Positions 45,374 to 54,575 of a DNA stretch of 64,000 nucleotides are shown here, one piece after another (position 1 is the stretch's first letter; every line of letters begins with the position of its first letter). Position numbers and translations under genes: made by a program. The notes beneath the pieces were generated by a model, which ran no database searches, was not told the DNA's origin, and worked only from the letters and a program-made list of their open reading frames with translations. Origin of the DNA: Eubacteriales bacterium (GTDB taxonomy: Bacteria > Bacillota > Clostridia > Oscillospirales > CAG-272); assembly GCA_045580085.1 (NCBI GenBank), contig JAZNND010000049.1:1144-65143 (forward strand), read 5' to 3'.

Positions 45374-46921
45374 ATGGACATGTTTGTGAAAATTGCGTTA
45401 TTGGTTGTGTTCTTTGCCGTGATGATCCTCGTCGGCTTCTATTGCAGACGAGCTGCCAAAGACGTAAACGGTTTTGTGCTCGGCGGGCGAACCGTCGGAC
45501 CGTGGCTTACGGCGTTTGCATACGGCACTTCGTATTTCTCGGCAGTTATTTTCGTCGGTTATGCAGGTCAGTTTGGTTGGAAATTCGGTATCGCGTCCAC
45601 TTGGATCGGCATCGGTAACGCGGTGATCGGTTCGCTTCTCGCTTGGGTGATCCTCGGCAGACGTACCCGTTTGATGACACAGCATCTCGGCAGTGCCACC
45701 ATGCCGGAATTTTTCGGTAAACGCTTTGGAAGCCCGGCCCTTAAGATTGCGGCGTCTGTCATTGTATTTATCTTCTTAATTCCCTATACGGCTTCGCTGT
45801 ATAACGGTCTTTCCCGTCTCTTCTCCATGGCGTTCCCCGGTATCAGTTACACGGTTTGCGTTATTATCATGGCAATTTTGACGGGTATTTACGTGGTTGC
45901 CGGCGGTTATATGGCTACTGCCGTCAATGATTTCATCCAAGGTATTATCATGCTTGGCGGTATTATTGCTGTCATCGCCGTCGTTTTGAACGGGCAGGGC
46001 GGCTTTACCGCAGCACTTGAAGGGCTTGCTTCCGTTCACGTAGAAGGCAACGCACCCGGTGCCTTCAATTCCTTCTTCGGCCCCGATCCGCTTTCTCTTC
46101 TTTTCGTCGTTATCCTTACCTCTCTGGGTACATGGGGCTTGCCTCAGATGGTGCAGAAATTTTACGCCATCAAGAGCGAAAAAGACATCAATAAAGGTAC
46201 TATTATTTCCACCCTCTTTGCAGTTGTCGTTGCCGGCGGATGCTACTTCCTCGGCGGCTTTGGCAGACTCTTTACCAATGAGCTGAATGTTACAAACGGT
46301 ATGCCCGAAGGCGGATATGATGCTATCATTCCCACCATGCTCAGTAACCTGCCCGCTGTCGTGATCGGCGTTGTGATCGTGCTTGTGCTTTCGGCATCCA
46401 TGTCGACGCTTTCGTCTCTCGTTCTCACCTCATCCTCTACCATGACGCTTGACCTCGTGCGCGGTCATATCGTCAAGAAGATGAGTGATAAGGTTCAGGT
46501 TTTGGTTATGCGCATTTTGATCGTTGTTTTCATCGCCATTTCCGCTTTCATTGCTTTGAATAAAGATAAACTCGGTTACATTGCCGATATGATGGGTATT
46601 TCTTGGGGTGCGCTGGCAGGCGCATTCCTCGCACCCTTCCTCTACAGCCTCTACTCCAAGCGCATCACCAAGGTTTCCGTATGGGTAAGCTTTGCTGTCG
46701 GTGCGGGTGTGATGGTATTCAATATGGTAGCAAGAAATATTTTCCCCGCCATTTTGCAATCCCCCATCAATTGCGGTGTTGTTGTGATGTTGCTCGGGCT
46801 TATTCTTGTTCCCATCGTCAGCCTCTTCACACCCAAGCAGAAGAAGGAAGAGGTAGATGAAATGTTTGCTTGTTATGATAAAGAGGTCGTTGTTCCGTCG
46901 AAAGAATCGTTGGGCAAATGA
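45374..46921 (+). CDS. sodium:solute symporter (SSS) family transporter
   Basis: About 515 aa, 13-14 TM segments. The N-terminal block GGRTVGPWLTAFAYGTSYFSAVIFVGYAG is typical of the SSS (PutP/PanF-like) family. The ATG at 45374 has GGAGGA 7 nt upstream. Confidence 0.85.
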   Translation: MDMFVKIALLVVFFAVMILVGFYCRRAAKDVNGFVLGGRTVGPWLTAFAYGTSYFSAVIFVGYAGQFGWKFGIASTWIGIGNAVIGSLLAWVILGRRTRLMTQHLGSATMPEFFGKRFGSPALKIAASVIVFIFLIPYTASLYNGLSRLFSMAFPGISYTVCVIIMAILTGIYVVAGGYMATAVNDFIQGIIMLGGIIAVIAVVLNGQGGFTAALEGLASVHVEGNAPGAFNSFFGPDPLSLLFVVILTSLGTWGLPQMVQKFYAIKSEKDINKGTIISTLFAVVVAGGCYFLGGFGRLFTNELNVTNGMPEGGYDAIIPTMLSNLPAVVIGVVIVLVLSASMSTLSSLVLTSSSTMTLDLVRGHIVKKMSDKVQVLVMRILIVVFIAISAFIALNKDKLGYIADMMGISWGALAGAFLAPFLYSLYSKRITKVSVWVSFAVGAGVMVFNMVARNIFPAILQSPINCGVVVMLLGLILVPIVSLFTPKQKKEEVDEMFACYDKEVVVPSKESLGK

Positions 46922-46950
46922 TCTAAGAATCCCCCGAAAGGAAAAATATT

Positions 46951-48588
46951 ATGCCAATTACGGAAGTTCTCCAAAAAAATGCGGATTTTTATCCCGCCGA
47001 TGTCAGTTTGGTTGAGATCAATCCCAAGCTTGAAAACCAAACACGCATGACATGGCGCGAGTATTCGCTGATCGAAGCCAATCCCAATGAGGCGTATCGC
47101 AATGAGATCACATGGAGTGAGTTCAATCGCCGTGCCAACCGTTTTGCCAATTTTCTTTTGACGCGCGGCATCAAAAAAGGCGATAAGGTTGCCATTCTCT
47201 TGATGAACAGCCTTGAATGGCTCCCCATCTATTTCGGTGTACTCAAAACGGGTGCGCTTGCCGTGCCCCTCAATTATCGCTATGCCGCGGATGAGATCAA
47301 ATATTGCCTTGAGCTTGCGGATGCCGATGTTTTGGTGTTTGGTCCCGAGTTTACAGGACGTGTGGAGGAAATCTGCACACGTGTCGCACGCGTAAAAATG
47401 TGGTTATATGTCGGTGAAGATTGCCCCACTTTTGCGGAGAGCTATGATAATCTTGTTTCCTATTGTTCCTCGAAAAGTCCTCGCATCAAGCTGACCGATG
47501 ACGATGATGCCGCTATTTACTTTTCTTCGGGTACCACCGGTTTCCCGAAAGCCATCATCCATAAGCACAGAAGCTTAATGCATGCCGCCATGACTGAGCA
47601 AAATCACCATGGTCAAACCAAGGACGATGTGTTCCTTTGTATCCCCCCTCTCTATCATACCGGTGCCAAGATGCACTGGTTCGGCAGCTTTTTGGTGGGC
47701 GGCAAAGCGGTTATTTTAAAGGGCATTAAACCCGAATGGATTCTCCGTGCCGTTTCTGAAGAGAAGTGTTCCATCGTTTGGTTGCTTGTTCCGTGGGCGC
47801 AGGATATTCTTGATGCCATTGATCGCGGAGAGATCTCTCTTGCGGATTATGATCTGTCTCAGTGGCGCTTGATGCACATCGGTGCGCAACCCGTTCCTCC
47901 CAGTTTGATCAAACGCTGGAAGGCGATATTCCCTCACCACGCCTATGACACCAATTACGGTCTTTCCGAGTCCATCGGTCCCGGTTGTGTACATCTTGGC
48001 GTAGAAAACGAACACAAGGTTGGCGCGATCGGCAAAGCCGGTTTTGGTTGGGCGACCGATATTGTGGACGAAAAAGGCAAAACTGTTCCTAAAGGTGAAG
48101 TCGGTGAGCTTGCCGTCAAAGGCCCCGGCGTAATGACTGCCTATTACAAGGATGAAAAAGCAACAGCTGAAGTATTGCACGGCGAATGGCTTCATACGGG
48201 TGATATGGCGTTTGAAGATGAGGACGGTTTTATTTTCTTGGTAGACCGCAAAAAGGATGTCATCATTTCGGGCGGTGAAAATCTTTATCCCGTGCAGATC
48301 GAAAACTTCATCCGCAAGCATGATGCCATAAGCGATGTTGCCGTGATCGGGCTTCCCGATGCGCGCCTTGGTGAAATTGCCGCCGCCATCGTTCAGTTGA
48401 AGGAAGGTTATACGCTGACGGAAGAGCAGTTCAATGATTTTTGCATGGAGCTTCCTCGCTATAAGCGTCCTCGCCGCGTGATCTTTGCGGACGTTCCCCG
48501 TAATCCCACGGGTAAGATCGAAAAGCCCAAGCTTCGCAAGATCTATTGCGGTGAAAGCGTAGTGGCACAGCAAAATGAAATTAAATGA
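46951..48588 (+). CDS. AMP-dependent acyl-CoA synthetase/ligase (ANL superfamily)
   Basis: 545 aa. AMP-binding motif YFSSGTTGFPKAI, then YHTGA, GELAVKGPGVMTAYY, TGDMAF.DEDGF...VDRKKD and PRNPTGKI. Confidence 0.85.
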   Translation: MPITEVLQKNADFYPADVSLVEINPKLENQTRMTWREYSLIEANPNEAYRNEITWSEFNRRANRFANFLLTRGIKKGDKVAILLMNSLEWLPIYFGVLKTGALAVPLNYRYAADEIKYCLELADADVLVFGPEFTGRVEEICTRVARVKMWLYVGEDCPTFAESYDNLVSYCSSKSPRIKLTDDDDAAIYFSSGTTGFPKAIIHKHRSLMHAAMTEQNHHGQTKDDVFLCIPPLYHTGAKMHWFGSFLVGGKAVILKGIKPEWILRAVSEEKCSIVWLLVPWAQDILDAIDRGEISLADYDLSQWRLMHIGAQPVPPSLIKRWKAIFPHHAYDTNYGLSESIGPGCVHLGVENEHKVGAIGKAGFGWATDIVDEKGKTVPKGEVGELAVKGPGVMTAYYKDEKATAEVLHGEWLHTGDMAFEDEDGFIFLVDRKKDVIISGGENLYPVQIENFIRKHDAISDVAVIGLPDARLGEIAAAIVQLKEGYTLTEEQFNDFCMELPRYKRPRRVIFADVPRNPTGKIEKPKLRKIYCGESVVAQQNEIK

Positions 48589-48622
48589 TGTATTTAAACT
48601 TTGACAAAAAGGAAATAAGTAT

Positions 48623-50359
48623 ATGAAAAAACTTTTACTCGGAAATGCCGCCGTTGCGCGCGGTGCGTACGAAGCGGGAGTGAGAGTGGTCTCCTCTTAT
48701 CCCGGAACTCCTTCTACGGAGATCACCGAAGAGATCGTTAAATTTGAAGAGGTATACGCCGAATGGGCACCCAACGAAAAGGTCGCCGCAGAGGTTGCCA
48801 TCGGTGCTTCTATCGGCGGCGCGCGTGCCATGAGCTGTATGAAGCACGTCGGTCTCAATGTGATGGCGGATCCCGTATTCACCGTCAGCTATACCGGCGT
48901 GGGCGGAGGATTGGTTCTTTGCGTAGCGGATGATCCCGGCATGCACTCTTCTCAAAACGAGCAGGATTCCCGCCACTACGCCAAGGCGTCTAAGATCATG
49001 ATGCTTGAGCCTGCAGATTCTTCCGAGTGTAAAGAATTTACCAAAATCGCCTTTGCTCTTTCCGAACAGTTTGATACCCCTGCCTTTATTCGCCTTTCCA
49101 CTCGCGTATCCCACTCTCAAAGCTTGGTTGCGCTCGGTGAAAGAGAAGAGAAGGATTTGCTTCCCTATGAAAAGAACATCGGCAAGTATGTCATGATGCC
49201 CGGTAATGCCATCAAACGTCACGTCGTTGTGGAGGACCGTATCAAAGCCCTTACCGCATTCGCGGAAGAGACGGAACTAAATGCGGTAGAAAACAACGGT
49301 TCCCGCATTGGTGTTATCACCGCGGGTATCTCTTACATGTACGCGAAAGAGGCTTTGGGCGAAAAAGCAGATTACTTAAAGCTCGGCATGGTATATCCGC
49401 TTCCCGTGGAAAAAATAAAGGCTTTTGCCGCCTCTCATGATGAAATTTACGTGATTGAGGAATTGGATCCTTTCATTGAGGAACATTGCAAAGCACTCGG
49501 ACTGCAGGTAAAAGGTAAAGAACTCTTTACACTTTTGGGTGAATACACCCCTGCTATGATCAAAAAGGCGGTGCTTGGCGAAAGTGCACCCGATGTATTG
49601 CGTGCCGAAGAGCCCATTCCTGTTCGTCCTCCCGTGATGTGCGCGGGATGTCCGCACAGAGGTACCTTCTATGTCTTAAAGAAGCTTGGTTGTGTTGTTT
49701 CGGGTGATATCGGATGTTACACGCTCGGTGCAACCATTCCGCTTCAATCTGTGGATACCACCATTTGCATGGGTGCTTCTGTCAGTGCCGCACTCGGCAT
49801 GGCGAAGGCGAGAGGGATGGAGTTTAATAAAAAGCTGGTCTCCGTGATCGGCGACTCTACCTTTATGCATTCCGGTATTACGGGCCTTGTGGATATTGTT
49901 TATAACAAAGGTGCCAATACTGTGATCATTCTTGACAACTCCATCACGGGTATGACAGGGCATCAAAATAACCCTACCACAGGTTATACCATTCGCGGTG
50001 AAGAAACCAAGCAGGTCAATCTTGTGGATCTTTGCCACTCTGTAGGCGTAGCTCATGTGGTGGTTGCCGATCCTTTTGATATCAAGAATTTTGAAAAGGT
50101 TGTAAAAACCGAACTTGAGAGAGAAGAACCCTCTGTTATTATCGCACAGCGTCCTTGCGCGCTGTTGAAAACCGTCAAATACACCGGTCACTGTGTTATC
50201 ACTGACAAATGCAAGAATTGCAAAATGTGCATGAAGCTTGGCTGTCCTGCCATCACGGTTAAAAACGGTAAAGTCATGATTGATCCTACGCAGTGCAACG
50301 GATGCGGACTTTGCGTGAACGTTTGCCCCTTCGGCGCGATTGAAAAGGAGGAAAACTGA
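48623..50359 (+). CDS. iorA: indolepyruvate (arylpyruvate) ferredoxin oxidoreductase subunit alpha
   Basis: 578 aa. LLGNAAVARGAYEAGV..SSYPGTPSTEI N-terminus, a TPP-binding region GDIGCYTLG...GDSTFMHSG, and a C-terminal 2x[4Fe-4S] ferredoxin (CKNCKMC...CP; CNGCGLCVNVCP). Confidence 0.9.
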   Translation: MKKLLLGNAAVARGAYEAGVRVVSSYPGTPSTEITEEIVKFEEVYAEWAPNEKVAAEVAIGASIGGARAMSCMKHVGLNVMADPVFTVSYTGVGGGLVLCVADDPGMHSSQNEQDSRHYAKASKIMMLEPADSSECKEFTKIAFALSEQFDTPAFIRLSTRVSHSQSLVALGEREEKDLLPYEKNIGKYVMMPGNAIKRHVVVEDRIKALTAFAEETELNAVENNGSRIGVITAGISYMYAKEALGEKADYLKLGMVYPLPVEKIKAFAASHDEIYVIEELDPFIEEHCKALGLQVKGKELFTLLGEYTPAMIKKAVLGESAPDVLRAEEPIPVRPPVMCAGCPHRGTFYVLKKLGCVVSGDIGCYTLGATIPLQSVDTTICMGASVSAALGMAKARGMEFNKKLVSVIGDSTFMHSGITGLVDIVYNKGANTVIILDNSITGMTGHQNNPTTGYTIRGEETKQVNLVDLCHSVGVAHVVVADPFDIKNFEKVVKTELEREEPSVIIAQRPCALLKTVKYTGHCVITDKCKNCKMCMKLGCPAITVKNGKVMIDPTQCNGCGLCVNVCPFGAIEKEEN

Positions 50360-50360
50360 T

Positions 50361-50927
50361 ATGACAAAGAATATCATGATCGTCGGTGTAGGCGGCCAAG
50401 GCACCCTCCTTGCCAGCCGTATTCTCGGCAATACCGTTATCAGCGAAGGCTATGACGTAAAAGTCTCCGAGGTGCATGGCATGAGCCAGCGCGGTGGAAG
50501 TGTTGTTACTTATGTGAAATATGGCGAAAAGGTCTACTCTCCCATCATCGGTGAGGGCGAGGCGGATGTTATTCTTGCGTTTGAGCTTCTCGAGGCTTAC
50601 AGAGCCCTGCCTTATCTCAAAAAAGGCGGAAAGATCATCGTCAATACTCAAGAAATCGATCCCATGCCTGTCATCACGGGTGTGGCGGCGTATCCCGAAA
50701 AGATTGCAGAAAAGATTGCCGCCGCCGCGGATCTTGTAACGGTTGACGCGCTTTCCCTTGCTAAAGAGGCGGGTACCATCAAGGCTGTCAATGTTGTTTT
50801 GATCGGCGTTATGGCAAAAGCAAGCGACATTTCTTATGAAAGATGGGTGGAAACACTCAAAACAACTGTTCCCGCAAAATTCCTTGAAGTCAATCTCAAG
50901 GCATTTGATCTTGGATATAATCTTTAA
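50361..50927 (+). CDS. iorB: indolepyruvate ferredoxin oxidoreductase subunit beta
   Basis: 188 aa from the ATG at 50361 (AAAGGAGG upstream). IVGVGGQGTLLASRILG...VKVSEVHGMSQRGGSV is the IorB/gamma-subunit signature. Confidence 0.9.
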   Translation: MTKNIMIVGVGGQGTLLASRILGNTVISEGYDVKVSEVHGMSQRGGSVVTYVKYGEKVYSPIIGEGEADVILAFELLEAYRALPYLKKGGKIIVNTQEIDPMPVITGVAAYPEKIAEKIAAAADLVTVDALSLAKEAGTIKAVNVVLIGVMAKASDISYERWVETLKTTVPAKFLEVNLKAFDLGYNL

Positions 50928-50944
50928 TAAAGAGGTGAAAAAAC

Positions 50945-52249
50945 ATGGCTTTCTGGCAGAAAGAAATTGAAACCATGCCCCGCCCCGCGCTCGAAAAACT
51001 GCAGAGCGAACGCCTCGTGTGGCAGGTAAGAAGAATGTATGAAAAGGTGGAGCTTTTTCGCCGCCGTATGGATGAATTGGGGTTGAAGCCCGAAGATATT
51101 CATGGCATTGAAGATCTTCACAAGCTTCCGTTCTCCTACAAACAGGACCTCCGTGATTATTACCCCTATGGGCTTTTTGCAACTCCCATGAAGGATATCC
51201 GCCGCGTGCATGCCTCCTCGGGTACCACCGGAAAGCAGATTGTTGTCGGTTATACCGATAATGATCTTGAAATGTGGGCGGATTGCTTTGCCCGTATGCT
51301 GATCGCCACGGGCGGTGATGAAAACTCCTTCGTTCAGGTTTCTTACGGTCTTGGACTTTTTACAGGCGGCTTCGGTGCGCATGACGGTGCTGTTCGCATT
51401 GGCGCAACGGCTATTCCGATCTCTGCCGGAAACACCCAACGCCAGATTCAAACGATGATCGATTTCGGTGCTACCGTTCTTTGTTGCACGCCTTCCTATG
51501 CGCTTTATCTCGGTGAGACAATTGCCGAAATGGGCGTGAAGGATCAGCTGAAGCTCAAAGCAGGTATTTTTGGCGCTGAGCCTTGGACCGAAGAGATGCG
51601 TGCGCAGATCGAGGAAAAGCTCGGTTTAAAAGCTTACGATATTTACGGCCTTTCCGAGATCATGGGCCCGGGTGTATCTTATGAATGCGACGGGCAGTGC
51701 GGTATGCATGTTTGCGAGGACAACTTTATCCCCGAGATCATTGATCCCGATACAGGCGAAGTGCTTCCCGCAGGTGCGCAGGGTGAGCTTGTCTTTACCA
51801 CGATTACCAAGGAAGGCTTCCCCCTCATCCGTTACCGCACGCGTGATATTTGTTCTCTCAATTACGAGGTTTGTAAGTGCGGAAGAACCCATGTCCGCAT
51901 GAATAAGCCGCAGGGCAGAACCGACGATATGCTGATCATCCGCGGTGTCAATGTATTCCCCTCTCAGATCGAAGAGGTTCTTCTTAAAGTCGGCGACGGT
52001 GTTACGCCCAACTATCAGATCGTGGTGGACCGTGAAAACAATACCGACACCTTCCTTGTTAATGTAGAGATGAGCGAAAGCCTCTTCTCCGACGGCATCA
52101 AGGCGATTGAAAAGCTTGAAAAGAACATCACCGAAATGCTTAAGAGTATGCTTGGTATTGCTCCCAAAGTCAAGCTCGTCAATCCCAAGAGCATCGAGCG
52201 CAGTGAGGGCAAAGCAAAGCGTGTCATCGATAAGCGTAAGCTGAAATAA
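50945..52249 (+). CDS. paaK: phenylacetate--CoA ligase family protein
   Basis: 434 aa. [35 protein letters not shown] and RYRTRD are PaaK-type blocks. Confidence 0.9.
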   Translation: MAFWQKEIETMPRPALEKLQSERLVWQVRRMYEKVELFRRRMDELGLKPEDIHGIEDLHKLPFSYKQDLRDYYPYGLFATPMKDIRRVHASSGTTGKQIVVGYTDNDLEMWADCFARMLIATGGDENSFVQVSYGLGLFTGGFGAHDGAVRIGATAIPISAGNTQRQIQTMIDFGATVLCCTPSYALYLGETIAEMGVKDQLKLKAGIFGAEPWTEEMRAQIEEKLGLKAYDIYGLSEIMGPGVSYECDGQCGMHVCEDNFIPEIIDPDTGEVLPAGAQGELVFTTITKEGFPLIRYRTRDICSLNYEVCKCGRTHVRMNKPQGRTDDMLIIRGVNVFPSQIEEVLLKVGDGVTPNYQIVVDRENNTDTFLVNVEMSESLFSDGIKAIEKLEKNITEMLKSMLGIAPKVKLVNPKSIERSEGKAKRVIDKRKLK

Positions 52250-52261
52250 GGAGGAAAAAAT

Positions 52262-52687
52262 ATGTTTATCAAACAGCTTTCTGTTTTTGTGGAAAATTCC
52301 GCCGGCAGTCTGCAACATGTTGTAGATGCTCTCAGTGAAAATCATATCAACATCCGCGCGCTTTCTTTGGCGGATACTTCGGAGTTTGGCATTCTTCGTT
52401 TAATTGTTGACAATGAAGAAAAGGCTCTTGCGGCGCTTCGCGGCATCGGTGTGGTCTCAAAGGTCAGCGACGTGATCGCCGTTGCTATGGATGACTGCGC
52501 GGGCGGTCTTGCCAATGTTACTCGCTTGATTTCCGAAGCGGGGATCAATATGGAATACAGCTATGCTTTCCTTGGCAGAAAAGAGGGCAGAGCACTGCTT
52601 GTCATCAAGGCAACCGATGAAGCACTTGCCGAAAAAGTGCTCCGTGAAAACGGCGTAGCACTTGCTACGGAAGAGGATCTTAAATAA
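52262..52687 (+). CDS. ACT domain-containing protein
   Basis: 141 aa. Tandem ACT-like beta-alpha-beta-beta-alpha-beta pattern (LSVFVENSAGSLQHVVDALSENHINI...). This gene commonly follows ior-paaK in anaerobes. Confidence 0.8.
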   Translation: MFIKQLSVFVENSAGSLQHVVDALSENHINIRALSLADTSEFGILRLIVDNEEKALAALRGIGVVSKVSDVIAVAMDDCAGGLANVTRLISEAGINMEYSYAFLGRKEGRALLVIKATDEALAEKVLRENGVALATEEDLK

Positions 52688-53526
52688 TGAAAATCCAGTA
52701 TCTTGGCACTGCTGCCGCAGAGGGGACTCCGTCCCCTTTTTGCGAGTGTGATGTGTGCGAATATGCGCGAGCGCATGGCGGAAAAAACATTCGCACGCGC
52801 ACGCAGGCTTTGCTGGACGGCAGACTGTTGATCGATTTCTCTCCCGACACTTTTTTGCACACCTTGCGGGATGGCAGTCGGCTTTGCTATCTTGACGGCT
52901 GTCTGATCACCCATCCGCATAGCGATCATTTCGCTCCCAAGGAGCTGTTTTGGTGCGTCAAAAGCGTCGGTATGATGAAAACGCCGAAGAGCTTTCATAT
53001 TTACGGTTCCGATGACGTAATGGATCAGTTGCGCGCCGAAAAATATGATGTTGACGTGATCGCGCTTGAAAAAGAGGGCGGTGTTACCCTGCATCCCTTG
53101 AAGGTTTTTGAGCCGTCAGAGGTGGCAGGTTACCGTGTGACGCCCTTGAAAGCCGACCATCCCACGCGTGAGCCCTTTCTCTATATCATCGAGAAAGGCG
53201 GAAAAAGCATGCTTTACGCTACCGATACCGGTATGCTTCCCGAGGTAACATGGGAGTATCTTGCTAAGATTGATACGGTTTTTGATCTCGTTTCGTACGA
53301 TGCGACGTATCTTTTGCGTGAAGCGGATAACCGCTATCACATGAATTTAAAGGGTAATGCCGAAATGCGCGAACGGCTCGCTTCCATGGGCAGAGTGAGT
53401 AAGGACACTAAGCACGTCTTGCTTCATTTTTCCCATAAAGGTACCCTTTCGCATGACGCGCTTGAACCCATCGCCCGAGAAAGAGGGTTTATCCCTGCCT
53501 ACGACGGGCTTGAAATTGAGTTTTGA
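52687..53526 (+). CDS. MBL-fold metallo-hydrolase (PhnP-like)
   Basis: 279 aa. An ITHPHSDHF (HxHxDH) motif and a Cys-rich N-terminal knuckle (CECDVC). The start overlaps the ACT gene stop by 1 nt. Confidence 0.8.
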   Translation: MKIQYLGTAAAEGTPSPFCECDVCEYARAHGGKNIRTRTQALLDGRLLIDFSPDTFLHTLRDGSRLCYLDGCLITHPHSDHFAPKELFWCVKSVGMMKTPKSFHIYGSDDVMDQLRAEKYDVDVIALEKEGGVTLHPLKVFEPSEVAGYRVTPLKADHPTREPFLYIIEKGGKSMLYATDTGMLPEVTWEYLAKIDTVFDLVSYDATYLLREADNRYHMNLKGNAEMRERLASMGRVSKDTKHVLLHFSHKGTLSHDALEPIARERGFIPAYDGLEIEF

Positions 53527-53534
53527 TGCAAAAA

Positions 53535-53560
53535 GGGGCTGTCTTTCGTGAGACAGCCCC
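53535..53560. terminator. bidirectional terminator (operon end / sigG end)
   Basis: ggggctgtct (53535-53544) pairs perfectly with agacagcccc (53551-53560). An A-run precedes it and GGCGTTTTATT follows. Confidence 0.7.
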
Positions 53561-53597
53561 GGCGTTTTATTCAACAGACAAAAGATATGAATTGTTG

Positions 53598-54368
53598 TTA
53601 AAGCATCTTTTTAACCTTCTCAAGCGCGCCTTTTTCAAGGCGGGAGACTTGTGCTTGTGAGATGCCGATTTCTTCGGCAATCTCCATTTGCGTTTTGCCT
53701 CGGTAGAATCGCATAAGAAGAATATGCCGTTCCCGTTCCCCGAGCCGTCGCATGGCTTCTTTTAAGGAAATGTCTTCGATCCAGTCCTCGTCCGTTTCCC
53801 CGCCTTCCAATTGATCGATGACAAAAACAGAATCCTCTCCGTCGTTGTATACCGAATCATAGAGAGACACGGGTTCTACGATGGCTTCCAAGGCGTGAGA
53901 AACCGCCTTTTTTTCTTCTCCGAGCAGAGTCGCAATCTCCTCCACCGTAGGCTCGGTGCCTTTAGCGTGCGTTAAAGCATCGCGTGCTTGCAGAGCTCTG
54001 TAGGCAAGATCTCTGACCGAACGGGAAATGCGGATGGCGTTATTGTCACGCAAATAGCGTTTGACTTCACCGATGATCATGGGTACCGCGTAGGTTGAAA
54101 ATTGTACGTCAAGATCGGTGTTGAAATTATCCACCGCTTTGATAAGCCCGATGCACCCCACTTGAAAAAGATCGTCAAGGCTTTCCTTTCTGCCTGTGAA
54201 TCGCTGAATGATGCTGAGCACCAGCCTAAGATTGCCGTATATGAGCTTGTCTCTTGCCTCCTTGTCTCCCTCCTTGACGCGCAAGAGAAGCGCGCGCTTT
54301 TCTTCACTCGTTAAAATCGGAAGTTTTGCGGTGTTAACACCGCAAATTTCCACCTTGTTATTGTACAT
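53598..54368 (-). CDS. sigG: RNA polymerase sporulation sigma factor SigG
   Basis: 256 aa. MYNNKVEICGVNTAKLPILTSEEKRALL...GNLRLVLSIIQRF...DDLFQVGCIGLIKAVDNF...STYAVPMIIGEVKRYLRDNN closely parallels B. subtilis SigG as I recall it. The VEICGV.T.KLP N-terminus favours SigG over SigF. Confidence 0.85.
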   Translation of the reverse strand: MYNNKVEICGVNTAKLPILTSEEKRALLLRVKEGDKEARDKLIYGNLRLVLSIIQRFTGRKESLDDLFQVGCIGLIKAVDNFNTDLDVQFSTYAVPMIIGEVKRYLRDNNAIRISRSVRDLAYRALQARDALTHAKGTEPTVEEIATLLGEEKKAVSHALEAIVEPVSLYDSVYNDGEDSVFVIDQLEGGETDEDWIEDISLKEAMRRLGERERHILLMRFYRGKTQMEIAEEIGISQAQVSRLEKGALEKVKKML

Positions 54369-54424
54369 AGCGTTATCCTTTTCGGCAAGGACAATCTTGC
54401 GCCGGCGCCGTCCTTACGTTTGTA

Positions 54425-54454
54425 AGTATTGGCAAAGAAGGAGTTTTCTTATGC
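54425..54454 (-). promoter_or_regulatory. tentative forespore-type (SigF/SigG-like) promoter upstream of sigG
   Basis: The minus strand reads GCATA-18 nt-CAATACT, loosely like the GHATR / CAtnnTA consensus. The -10 match is imperfect. Confidence 0.3.
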
Positions 54455-54513
54455 AGTTTCAAGGATGGTAAAAGTTTGAAATTGATCGGAAGAGAAAAGA
54501 GACCTCTTTCCTC

Positions 54514-54542
54514 TTGACTTTGCAAGGAAAAAGGTCTATAAT
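54514..54542 (+). promoter_or_regulatory. sigma-A type promoter (TTGACT-17-TATAAT)
   Basis: TTGACTttgcaaggaaaaaggtcTATAAT lies about 35 nt upstream of the 54576 start. Confidence 0.65.
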
Positions 54543-54575
54543 AATACTGTTCTACATGCTTTTTGGAGGTATGTC

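Noticed and set aside
47716-52345. Series of long minus-strand ORFs (47716-48573, 48635-49222, 49676-50431, 50286-51182, 51626-52345)
   Set aside because: All are antisense to well-supported + strand genes (acyl-CoA ligase, iorA, iorB, paaK, ACT). They are shadow ORFs.
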